Assembly: GCA_052089385.1 (NCBI GenBank)
Contig: JBQCZU010000004.1
Location: 42,269-106,268 of the forward strand
Source of the DNA: Arachnia sp.
GTDB lineage: Bacteria; Actinomycetota; Actinomycetes; Propionibacteriales; Propionibacteriaceae
Direction of reading: 5' to 3'
DNA: 64,000 bases
In this document: positions 38,298 to 46,725 of the stretch, piece after piece
Layout: the number at the start of each line of letters is the position of its first letter
How positions within the stretch are numbered: the stretch's first letter is position 1
Notes under the pieces: model-generated
What the model was told of the DNA's origin: nothing
What the model saw: only the letters and a program-made list of their open reading frames with translations
Database searches by the model: none
Program-made: the position numbers and the translations under genes

Positions 38298-40144
38298 CCA
38301 CCTCACACCTGGACCGCGTCGTCATCCGTTTCGCAGGAGATTCCGGCGACGGCATGCAACTGACCGGTGACAGGTTCACCGCGGACGCCGCGGCCCTTGG
38401 CAACGATTTCGCAACCCTGCCCAACTTTCCGGCCGAGATCCGCGCCCCGCAGGGCACCATCGCGGGGGTCTCCAGTTTCCAGCTGCACTTCGCAGGCGAC
38501 GACATCCTCACCCCCGGCGACCGACCTGACGTTCTGGTGGCCATGAACCCGGCCTCGTTGAAGGCCAACATTGATGACCTACGCCGCGACGGGGTGCTGA
38601 TCGTCGACACGCACGACTTCACGAGGCGCAACCTCGCCAAGGTCGGCTACCCGGCCGACCCCCTGACCGATGGGTCGCTCGAGGATCACGAACTCCATGC
38701 GGTGGACCTCACCGGCCTGTCCGTGGCTGCCGTCGCCGAGTTCGGCCTCGGCCGCAAGGATGCAGCCCGTTCGAAGAACATGGTTGCACTCGGGGTGTTG
38801 ACGTGGCTGTACTCACGTCCCATCGATCCGACCATCGATTTCTTGGAGAAGAAGTTTGCGGCCGAGCCGAGAATCCGTGACGCCAACCGTGCCGCCTTTC
38901 TCGCTGGCTACAACTACGGTGAGACCACGGAGGACTTCTCAGTTCGCTACGAGGTCAGGCCTGCACCGTTGGCACCCGGCACCTACCGCCAGATCACCGG
39001 CAACAAGGCCATGGCCCTGGGGTTGATGGCCAGCGCTGCCAAGGCGAACCTTCCCCTGTTCCTTGGTGCCTACCCCATCACGCCCGCCTCGGACGTACTC
39101 CACGAACTGTCCCGTCACAAGGACCATGGCGTGATGACATTCCAGGCCGAGGACGAGATCTCCGCCATCGGTGCCGCTCTCGGTGCCTCCTACGCCGGTC
39201 ACCTGGGCGTCACCGTGACGTCGGGCCCGGGCATGGCACTCAAGAGCGAGTTCATTTCATTGGCACTCATGCTGGAGCAGCCGCTGGTAATTGTGGATGT
39301 GCAGCGTGCCGGACCCTCCACAGGCATGCCCACCAAGACCGAACAGGCCGATCTTCTGCAGTCCCTCTTCGGCCGCCACGGCGAGGCACCTGTGCCCGTC
39401 CTTGCTGCGAGTTCGGCAGGCGACTGCTTCGACATCGCGATGGAGGCCACACGCATTGCCTTGACCTATCGGACGCCGGTGATCGTGCTGAGTGATGGAT
39501 ATCTTGCCAACGGTTCCGAGCCGTGGAGCGTGCCTGATCTCGCGGCGCTTCCCACCATCGATGCGAACTTCGCCACCACACCCAACAGTCCTGAGGGCAA
39601 GTTCCTGCCCTATCTGCGGGACGAGAACCTCGCACGGGCGTTGGCCGTGCCCGGTACACCCGGTCTCGAGAACCGCATTGGCGGGATCGAGAAGGCGGAT
39701 GTCACCGGCAGCGTGTCCTACGACCCGGCCAACCATGAACACATGGTGAAACTTCGCCAGGCGAAAGTGGACGGGATCGTCAGCAGCATTCCCGACCTCG
39801 TGGTGGATGATCCCTCCGGTGAGGCTGACGTGCTCGTCGTCGGTTGGGGGTCCACGTGGGGACCCATCGGTGCCACCGCCCGGCGTGTACGTCGTCGCGG
39901 CCGAAAGGTGGCGACGCTCCACCTGCGCCATCTCAACCCGTTCCCAGCCAACCTCGGTGAGATCCTGCGCAGCTACGGCCGGGTCATAGCTCCGGAAATG
40001 AATCTCGGTCAGTTGTCCATGCTGCTCCGCGCGAAGTATCTCGTCGACGTTGAAAGCTACAGCCGGGTTCGGGGATTGCCGATTTCACCGTCGGAGTTCG
40101 AGTTCGACCTCACAGCCATCATCGATGGGAAGGACACACCATGA
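38294..40144 (+). CDS. korA: 2-oxoacid:ferredoxin oxidoreductase, alpha (fused gamma-alpha) subunit
   Basis: 616 aa. The N-terminal gamma-like domain (RFAGDSGDGMQLTG) is followed by the alpha domain (AYPITPASDVLHEL). ATGA overlap with sirB. Confidence 0.9.
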   Translation: MTTSHLDRVVIRFAGDSGDGMQLTGDRFTADAAALGNDFATLPNFPAEIRAPQGTIAGVSSFQLHFAGDDILTPGDRPDVLVAMNPASLKANIDDLRRDGVLIVDTHDFTRRNLAKVGYPADPLTDGSLEDHELHAVDLTGLSVAAVAEFGLGRKDAARSKNMVALGVLTWLYSRPIDPTIDFLEKKFAAEPRIRDANRAAFLAGYNYGETTEDFSVRYEVRPAPLAPGTYRQITGNKAMALGLMASAAKANLPLFLGAYPITPASDVLHELSRHKDHGVMTFQAEDEISAIGAALGASYAGHLGVTVTSGPGMALKSEFISLALMLEQPLVIVDVQRAGPSTGMPTKTEQADLLQSLFGRHGEAPVPVLAASSAGDCFDIAMEATRIALTYRTPVIVLSDGYLANGSEPWSVPDLAALPTIDANFATTPNSPEGKFLPYLRDENLARALAVPGTPGLENRIGGIEKADVTGSVSYDPANHEHMVKLRQAKVDGIVSSIPDLVVDDPSGEADVLVVGWGSTWGPIGATARRVRRRGRKVATLHLRHLNPFPANLGEILRSYGRVIAPEMNLGQLSMLLRAKYLVDVESYSRVRGLPISPSEFEFDLTAIIDGKDTP

Positions 40145-41286
40145 CCGCCACTCATCCCAGTCCAGGGCTGGCGCGTGTACCGCTGTCCCTGACACCCACC
40201 AACCGCAAGGAGTTCATCTCCGATCAGGAGGTGCGGTGGTGCCCCGGTTGCGGTGACTACGCCGTGCTGGCCGCCTTCCAGACGCTGATGCCGAAGCTCG
40301 GCATCCGCCGCGAAAACACCGTCATCGTCTCCGGGATCGGCTGCAGCTCGCGGTTCCCGTACTACATGGACACATATGGTCTGCACTCGATCCATGGTCG
40401 GGCACCGTCCATCGCCACCGGGATCGCCCTGACCCGTCCCGACCTCGCCGTGTGGGTGGTGACCGGTGACGGTGACGCGCTGTCCATTGGCGGCAACCAC
40501 CTCATCCACGCACTGCGCCGCAACACCAACATCACCATCCTTTTGTTCAACAACAGGATCTATGGCCTGACGAAGGGCCAGCCCTCACCCACGTCGGAGG
40601 CAGGGAAGGTGACGAAGTCCTCGCCGGCAGGATCGGTGGACCACCCGTTCAACCCGGTGAAGCTGGCGCTGGGTGCTGAAGCCACGTTCGTGGCACGCTC
40701 CGTGGACTCGGACCGTGCCCACCTGACCGAGGTGATGACGCGCGCCGTGCAACACCGTGGTGCCTCGCTCGTGGAGATCTACCAGAACTGCCCCATTTTC
40801 AACGACGGGGTCTTTGATGGTTTGAAGGGCGCCGACTCTCCTGCCATCATCCCGCTCAGGCACGGCGAACCCATTCTCTTCGCGGGAGGGACGAGGACCG
40901 TCGTCCGCGACGCCATCACGGGCCGACTGTCCGTTGTGGACACAACGGAAGTGGGCGATCGCCACGTCGTCGTCCACGACGAAACATCTGACGACGTGGC
41001 GCAAGCCATGGCGGTGGCGTCCCTCACCGACAGCCACGGCCTCACGCAGTCGCCCATCGGAATCTTCCGGGCGGTCGATCGTCTCGTCCACGACGATGAG
41101 GCCCGTGCCCAGGTGCGGATGCCGGCGGCTGCCAACCGCATCCCAGATCTGCAGTCGCTGCTCACGGGCCGCGACACCTGGACCAGTTCAGCCACGGCAA
41201 CCACCTCAGGTGTCGCGCTGAAAATCGACACAGCTGAAAGCACCACACTTCTTGCCCCGGAGGTCGCCCATGATCTCTCTGACTGA
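40141..41286 (+). CDS. korB: 2-oxoacid:ferredoxin oxidoreductase, beta (TPP-binding) subunit
   Basis: WCPGCGDY and TGDGDALSIGGNH TPP motifs. ATGA overlap with korA. Confidence 0.9.
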   Translation: MTATHPSPGLARVPLSLTPTNRKEFISDQEVRWCPGCGDYAVLAAFQTLMPKLGIRRENTVIVSGIGCSSRFPYYMDTYGLHSIHGRAPSIATGIALTRPDLAVWVVTGDGDALSIGGNHLIHALRRNTNITILLFNNRIYGLTKGQPSPTSEAGKVTKSSPAGSVDHPFNPVKLALGAEATFVARSVDSDRAHLTEVMTRAVQHRGASLVEIYQNCPIFNDGVFDGLKGADSPAIIPLRHGEPILFAGGTRTVVRDAITGRLSVVDTTEVGDRHVVVHDETSDDVAQAMAVASLTDSHGLTQSPIGIFRAVDRLVHDDEARAQVRMPAAANRIPDLQSLLTGRDTWTSSATATTSGVALKIDTAESTTLLAPEVAHDLSD

Positions 41287-42511
41287 GTCACCGCAGGGTT
41301 CCCCTGCCTACCTCTCCGGGTTGATGTTGCAGGGCAGGGACGTCCTCGTGGTGGGAGGCGGGGCCGTGGCGCAGCGCCGGATCCCCCAACTCCTGCACGC
41401 GGGGGCACGGGTCACCGTCGTCGCACCGCAGATCACCGACGTTGTGAGGGACGCCGCCATCCGTGGACAGCTCCGGTGGCAGGAGCGCTCGTTCACCGAC
41501 GGGGACCTCGACGGGGTCTGGTACGTCATCGCCGCAACGGATTCCACCGCGGCGAACACAGCCGTCGCACATGGCTGCGAATCCCGCCGCATCTTCTGTG
41601 TGCGTGCTGACCAGGCGGACCTGGGGAGTGCATGGACCCCGGCCACCGCGAACGTGGAGGACCTGAGCGTCGCTGTCATCGGCAGGCGTGACCCGCGACG
41701 ATCCAGAATCGTCCGGGAGGCGGTGGTGAGGGCGCTGGAGTCGAACCCGTCGGAAGGGAGGTTCCCGCGCGGCACAGTTGTGCTGGTTGGTGGCGGACCC
41801 GGAGACCCTGGGCTCATGACCTCTGCTGGCCTGGCTGCCATTCGCGGCGCCGACGTCATCGTCCACGACCGCCTGGGCCCGGTGGAGTTGCTTGCGGAAG
41901 TTCGCGAGGATGCCGAGATCATCAACGTGGGGAAGGTGCCCCACGGGCCCTTCACCCCACAGGAGGACATCAATCGGATACTGATCGACCGCGCCCGGAA
42001 ACACCTTCGCGTGGTCCGACTCAAGGGCGGGGACAACTACGTCTTCGGCCGGGGCGGGGAGGAGTGGCTGCAGTGCGCGGAGGCTGGAGTCCCGGTCCGC
42101 GTCATCCCCGGTGTGACATCGGCTGTCGCCGTACCGGCACTCGCCGGGATCCCGGTGACCCACCGAACCCTGTCGCAGGGGTTCTGCGTTGTCGGCGGCC
42201 ACGTCCCCCCGGGCCATGCACAAAGTGACGTCAATTGGGCAGCGCTTGCGCGCTCGGGAATCACCCTCGTCATCCTCATGGGCGTCACACACCTGGCGGA
42301 GATCGCTGAGGAACTCATGAAGGGGGGGCTGCCACCGGAGACACCCGCAGCCGTTGTTGTCGAGGGCACCACGAAGCGCCAGCGGTCCGTGCGCTCCACC
42401 CTCGCGAAGGTGAGTATGGACGCGGCCAAAGCCGGGGTGTCTCCGCCAGCGGTCGTCGTCGTCGGTGCTGTGGCAGGCCTGGAGTTGCTCGACAACACGG
42501 CAGAGGTCTGA
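41270..42511 (+). CDS. cysG: Siroheme synthase-like bifunctional protein (precorrin-2 dehydrogenase domain plus uroporphyrinogen-III C-methyltransferase)
   Basis: N-terminal Rossmann VLVVGGGAVAQRR. The SUMT domain has VVLVGGGPGDPGLMT and VRLKGGDNYVFGRGGEE. The start overlaps korB by 17 nt. Confidence 0.85.
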   Translation: MISLTESPQGSPAYLSGLMLQGRDVLVVGGGAVAQRRIPQLLHAGARVTVVAPQITDVVRDAAIRGQLRWQERSFTDGDLDGVWYVIAATDSTAANTAVAHGCESRRIFCVRADQADLGSAWTPATANVEDLSVAVIGRRDPRRSRIVREAVVRALESNPSEGRFPRGTVVLVGGGPGDPGLMTSAGLAAIRGADVIVHDRLGPVELLAEVREDAEIINVGKVPHGPFTPQEDINRILIDRARKHLRVVRLKGGDNYVFGRGGEEWLQCAEAGVPVRVIPGVTSAVAVPALAGIPVTHRTLSQGFCVVGGHVPPGHAQSDVNWAALARSGITLVILMGVTHLAEIAEELMKGGLPPETPAAVVVEGTTKRQRSVRSTLAKVSMDAAKAGVSPPAVVVVGAVAGLELLDNTAEV

Positions 42512-42577
42512 GCCTTCGGCGGGGAATCAGGTTGAGAGGGGCCACCGTGAACTGGCTCCGTCGTCGGTGTTAACGTA

Positions 42578-42591
42578 TCAACCATGGTTGA
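42578..42591. promoter_or_regulatory. 14-bp perfect palindrome at the start of the second arsR gene (operator candidate)
   Basis: TCAACCATGGTTGA is self-complementary. It overlaps the first in-frame ATG (42584). Confidence 0.45.
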
Positions 42592-42910
42592 ATCAATCAG
42601 TGTTGAAGCAATGAGCGTTGAAGTGTTTGAGGAACCGTCCGCAGCAGCGCTGCAACTCCTGGCGGCCATCTCAGAGCCGCTGCGTTGGAGTGTGCTTCGG
42701 CTGCTCTCTCGTGGGCCGGCCTGTGCCTGCAATCTTCAGGAACACCTGCCGATCGCGGCGAATCTGCTGAGCTATCACCTGAAGGTGTTGCGGGAGGCTG
42801 GACTGGTGACCTCCGCGAAGCGGGGGCGGCTTGTTGACTATTCCATCGCCCCCGATGCTGCGCATCGGCTTCGGGCAGCTCTGCCGCTCGGTGGGGAAAG
42901 TCCTCGATGA
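42584..42910 (+). CDS. arsR: ArsR/SmtB-family metalloregulator (second copy)
   Basis: HTH with CxC (GPACACNLQEHLPIAANLLSYHLKVLREAGLV). An alternative start at 42611 would place the palindrome in the 5' leader. Confidence 0.85.
   Translation: MVESISVEAMSVEVFEEPSAAALQLLAAISEPLRWSVLRLLSRGPACACNLQEHLPIAANLLSYHLKVLREAGLVTSAKRGRLVDYSIAPDAAHRLRAALPLGGESPR
42587..42631 (+). repeat. Three tandem 15-nt units each beginning GTTGAA
   Basis: The units are gttgaatcaatcagt, gttgaagcaatgagc and gttgaagtgtttgag, with an exact 15-nt period. The first GTTGA is the right arm of the palindrome. Confidence 0.7.
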
Positions 42911-43962
42911 GTTCCTCTGAAAAGACTGCCGTTCCACGCCGTGAACGCACGGGCTGGCTGGTCGCTTCCCTGGCCGTGGCCGGGGCCATCTGGGGCGCGC
43001 TCTATGCCCTCAATGAGTCCCTGTGGGGCGTGGTTCTGGGGAAATGGGTCGGGCTTGATCTGGACGGTCGTCTGGGCTCCTCTCTCGAGTTCCTGCTGTA
43101 CGACACGGTGAAGATCCTGCTCCTTCTGGTGGGGATGATCTTTGCCATCGGCCTCCTGCGGACGACGCTGAAGCCCGAGAAGGTGCGTTCCTTCCTTGAG
43201 GGGAAGAGTCTGATCGTTGCACTGATCCTGGCCGCGACACTGGGGGCTGTCACGCCGTTTTGTTCCTGCAGTTCGATCCCGCTCTTCATTGGATTCGTTG
43301 CGGCGGGAGTGCCGTTGGGTGTCACGTTCGCCTTCCTGATCGCCTCACCTCTGGTGAACGAGGTTGCCGTCGTCATGCTTGCTCCCACGTTTGGGTGGCA
43401 GGTGACCATCGCCTATGTTGCGGCCGGACTCACGCTGGCCGTCGTTGCTGGCTGGATCTTCACCCGCTTCAATCTCAGCCGTTGGGTTGAAGATTTTGTA
43501 TTCGCTTCACCCACCACCATGCTGCACGTCGATGGGCACCGCCCGACGCTTCGTGAACGTGTCGACGCAGCCCTGGAAGAGACCCGCGACATCTTCGGCC
43601 GTGTCTGGAAGTGGGTCATCGTCGGGGTAGCGCTGGGTGCCGGGATCCACGGTTGGGTCCCCACGGAATTCTTTGCCACCTACGCTGGCCCCGGAAATCC
43701 CTTTGCCGTGGTTCTGGGCACTCTTCTCGGTGTCCCGCTGTACTCCAATGCTGCTGGTGTCATTCCCATCGCAGAAGCCTTGTGGTCCAAGGGGATGGCG
43801 CTCGGAACCGTGATGTCTTTCATGATGGCGACGGTCGCCCTCTCCCTGCCCGAGTTCATTCTCCTGAAGCGCGTCCTCAAGATGCCGCTGCTTCTGATCT
43901 TCTTCGGCACCGTGGCCACGGGCATCATTCTCGTCGGCCTCGCCTTCAATCTGGTCACCTGA
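42907..43962 (+). CDS. arsP: ArsP-like permease (DUF318/YraQ-type)
   Basis: Polytopic. Contains the TPFCSCSSIPLF vicinal-Cys motif characteristic of ArsP-type organoarsenical efflux permeases. ATGA overlap with arsR. Confidence 0.75.
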   Translation: MSSSEKTAVPRRERTGWLVASLAVAGAIWGALYALNESLWGVVLGKWVGLDLDGRLGSSLEFLLYDTVKILLLLVGMIFAIGLLRTTLKPEKVRSFLEGKSLIVALILAATLGAVTPFCSCSSIPLFIGFVAAGVPLGVTFAFLIASPLVNEVAVVMLAPTFGWQVTIAYVAAGLTLAVVAGWIFTRFNLSRWVEDFVFASPTTMLHVDGHRPTLRERVDAALEETRDIFGRVWKWVIVGVALGAGIHGWVPTEFFATYAGPGNPFAVVLGTLLGVPLYSNAAGVIPIAEALWSKGMALGTVMSFMMATVALSLPEFILLKRVLKMPLLLIFFGTVATGIILVGLAFNLVT

Positions 43963-44007
43963 ATCCACCACATCCCCCGTTGGGGCTCTACAGAAAGGTC
44001 AATCATT

Positions 44008-44247
44008 ATGCAGATCAAGATTCTTGGTCCGGGCTGCCGCAACTGCGTCAATCTGGAGAAGGCAACGAGGGCGGCCCTCGATGAACTCGGACTCACTGCC
44101 GATGTCATCAAAGTCACCGACTATGCCGACATCGCTGCCCACGGCATCATGTCCACGCCGGGTCTGGTTGTCGACGGCACGGTGCTGGTCTCCGGACGAG
44201 TTCCCAAGGCCTCCGAGATCAAGAAATTGCTCGTGACCCGGGCCTAG
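44008..44247 (+). CDS. Small thioredoxin-fold protein (redox-active disulfide protein 2 type)
   Basis: 79 aa. MQIKILGPGCRNCVNLE CxxC. This is the usual partner of the ArsR plus DUF318 permease pair. Confidence 0.8.
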   Translation: MQIKILGPGCRNCVNLEKATRAALDELGLTADVIKVTDYADIAAHGIMSTPGLVVDGTVLVSGRVPKASEIKKLLVTRA

Positions 44248-44381
44248 CCAAAGCGGCGGGTCCAACCAGCCCGGCTGACACCGGGGGACCCGGTCCCGTT
44301 GCCGGACAAGACGTCAGGGAATTGAACCCGCCGAGGCGATCCAGTTGTGGAATCGACAGCAGGTGTCGTAAAGTCCCAACG

Positions 44382-44399
44382 TATCGATGATCATCGATA
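44382..44399. promoter_or_regulatory. 18-bp perfect AT-rich palindrome 32 nt upstream of arsB (ArsR operator candidate)
   Basis: TATCGATGATCATCGATA equals its own reverse complement. Confidence 0.5.
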
Positions 44400-44430
44400 T
44401 GATCGTCTGCTGTTCGAAGGACCGTATTTC

Positions 44431-45872
44431 ATGACTGTGGTCGCTGTCCTGATATTCGTCGTCACCCTGGTGTTCGTCATCTGGCAACCCAAGGGGCTGG
44501 GGATTGGTTGGTCCGCTCTTGGCGGTGCAGCCCTGGCGCTGGCGACGACGGTGGTCAGTTTCTCTGATATCCCGACGGTGTGGGCATCGTGTGGAATGCG
44601 ACTTTCGCCTTTGTTGCCATCGTTCTCATCTCGTTGATTCTGGACGAATCGGGGCTCTTCGAATGGGCCGCGCTCCACGTTGCGCGGTGGGGCCGAGGCA
44701 ACGGGCGCCTGCTCTTCGTGCTCATCGTGTTGCTGGGCGCTGTGATCGCCGCGCTCTTTGCCAATGACGGCGCTGCGCTGATCCTGACACCCATCGTCAT
44801 TCAGATGCTGGTTGCTCTGAAAATGTCGCCGAAGGCCTCCCTGGCGTTCGTGATTGCGTGCGGCTTCATCGCCGACGCCGGCAGCCTTCCGCTCGTGGTG
44901 TCCAATCTTGTCAACATCGTGTCTGCCGATTTCTTCGGACTTGGTTTCGCCCGCTACGCCATAGTCATGCTCCCCGTGGGGGTCGTCACCGTTGCGGCAA
45001 GCCTCGGGGTTCTCTTCCTCTATTTCCGCAAGGCGATCCCGCATCGCTACGATCCGTCAGGGCTCCCGGAGCCGCGTACGGCGATCCGTGATGCGCTCAC
45101 CTTCAAAGCAGGCTTCTTCGTGCTCGGCGTGTTGCTCATCGGCTACTTTGCGGCCGAACCATTGAACCTCCCGCTATCCATCGTGGCCGCGGGCGGCGCA
45201 CTGGTTCTTGCACTCGTGGCCGCCCGCAAGCCCACCTTTCTCTTTCCCGCCGCCGCTGCACCGGTGGCAGTTGACTTTCGTGAAACTGTCTCTGTGACCG
45301 CTGCGCATGGAGGCACCACTTCTGATCCGGTACAGGACGACGGCGAGGTTGGCTCTGCAACTTTGAACACTCAGAACTCGGGGCGGATCTCCATCCGCAA
45401 GGTTTTCACGGAAGCCCCGTGGCAAATCGTGCTCTTTTCCATCGGTATGTACCTCGTTGTGTTCGGTCTCCGTAATCAGGGCCTCACTGACCAACTTGCC
45501 AAGGTTTTCAACGCAGTCAGCGGCAATGGGATCCTTCTGGCCACCCTTGGTGTCGGCGTGATCGTCGCGGTCCTCGCGTCGATCATGAACAACATGCCCA
45601 CCGTTCTCATTGCCGCTCTTGCCATTGGGGCAACCGGGGCCACTGGCCTCACCCAGGAAGCAATGATCTACGCCAACGTCATCGGCTCCGATCTGGGCCC
45701 GAAGATCACGCCCATCGGCAGTCTGGCGACGCTGCTGTGGCTGCACGTCCTTGACCGCAAGGGCATCCACATCGGATGGGGTCAGTATTTCCGCACAGGG
45801 ATTGTGCTGACGCTCCCCGTGTTGCTCATCTCACTCACTGCTCTGGCGGGCTGGTTGCTGATCATCGGTTGA
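44431..45872 (+). pseudogene. arsB: Arsenite efflux pump ArsB interrupted by a -1 frameshift at a G run (~44582-44584)
   Basis: Frame A reads [32 protein letters not shown]...SDIPTVW. Frame B continues [37 protein letters not shown]... Together they are colinear with E. coli ArsB (...GDIPVVWNIVWNATAAF...). One extra G (GGG to GGGG) would restore a single frame. Confidence 0.85.
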
Positions 45873-45917
45873 TGTGAGTGCTCCATGAGTGTCGCTGCGA
45901 CCCCGATTGCCCGGGTT

Positions 45918-46427
45918 TCACAGGCCTGAGCCCACGCTGACATGCGCGTTTGCAATGGCCCAGGCCTGGGCCATTGCAGCATCCGCAGTCTCGACGACTG
46001 CCCTCATCAACGACGACAACCGGACGGAATGGGTCTCCCAACCGTTTTCGACGACACGGTCGACGATCATGATCTGCTGACCATCACTGTCGAGGTCATC
46101 CTTGAGCGTTTGAACGAGCCACCCGCGTGCAATGTCCCTGTCGTTCTCGGCCACTGCTGCCTGACCTGACGCTGATGCACCAGTAGCAGCCACCTGCGTA
46201 TCGGTGACATCGTGCTCTTTCAGCGCCTGGACACAGCCGTCGAGAGTCGCATGCAGCGGAACAACACTGAGGAAGGCTGTGCCAAAGACTGCCTTCCAGA
46301 AGTCAGCGTCATCACTGATGTCCGCCACCGCATATTCTGCTGTGGTTGATCTGGTGACAGCTGCTCGGGCCACCGCAGCCGAGCGTGTGTACAGATCCGT
46401 CGGATTCACAAACTGTTGCCTACCCAT
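45918..46427 (-). CDS. Hypothetical protein (169 aa), no recognisable domain
   Basis: The reading frame is open and looks coding. Its third-position GC is clearly lower than in neighbouring genes. No motif was recognised. It contains the 28-bp palindrome near its 3' end. Confidence 0.4.
   Translation of the reverse strand: MGRQQFVNPTDLYTRSAAVARAAVTRSTTAEYAVADISDDADFWKAVFGTAFLSVVPLHATLDGCVQALKEHDVTDTQVAATGASASGQAAVAENDRDIARGWLVQTLKDDLDSDGQQIMIVDRVVENGWETHSVRLSSLMRAVVETADAAMAQAWAIANAHVSVGSGL
45951..45978. repeat. 28-bp perfect palindrome
   Basis: TGCAATGGCCCAGG/CCTGGGCCATTGCA. It lies 79 nt downstream of the arsB stop and inside the last ~20 codons of the convergent hypothetical ORF. Confidence 0.9.
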
Positions 46428-46725
46428 GCGCCGTCATTCTCCTCGTCGATTTGTCCACCCTTTGCCCACTTCGGCCAGCAACCCCCCAAGGCGCACAATC
46501 CGATCAGAACACGTTGAGTTTACGATGCGCACGGACTCACTCATCGGGGTTTTTCCGTTGGTTGCGCCTGCGGCTGCGGAATTACCCCTAGGGGTGTGCG
46601 CTCGACTTCAAGGAGACCATGCGCCGAGGGGGGCAGGACATCACACGACCCGATGCATTCCGCGCCTGATGACCGCCAGGCTCGGCCACTCATGCTCACG
46701 TGTGACTTTCATGAAATCGATGAAA

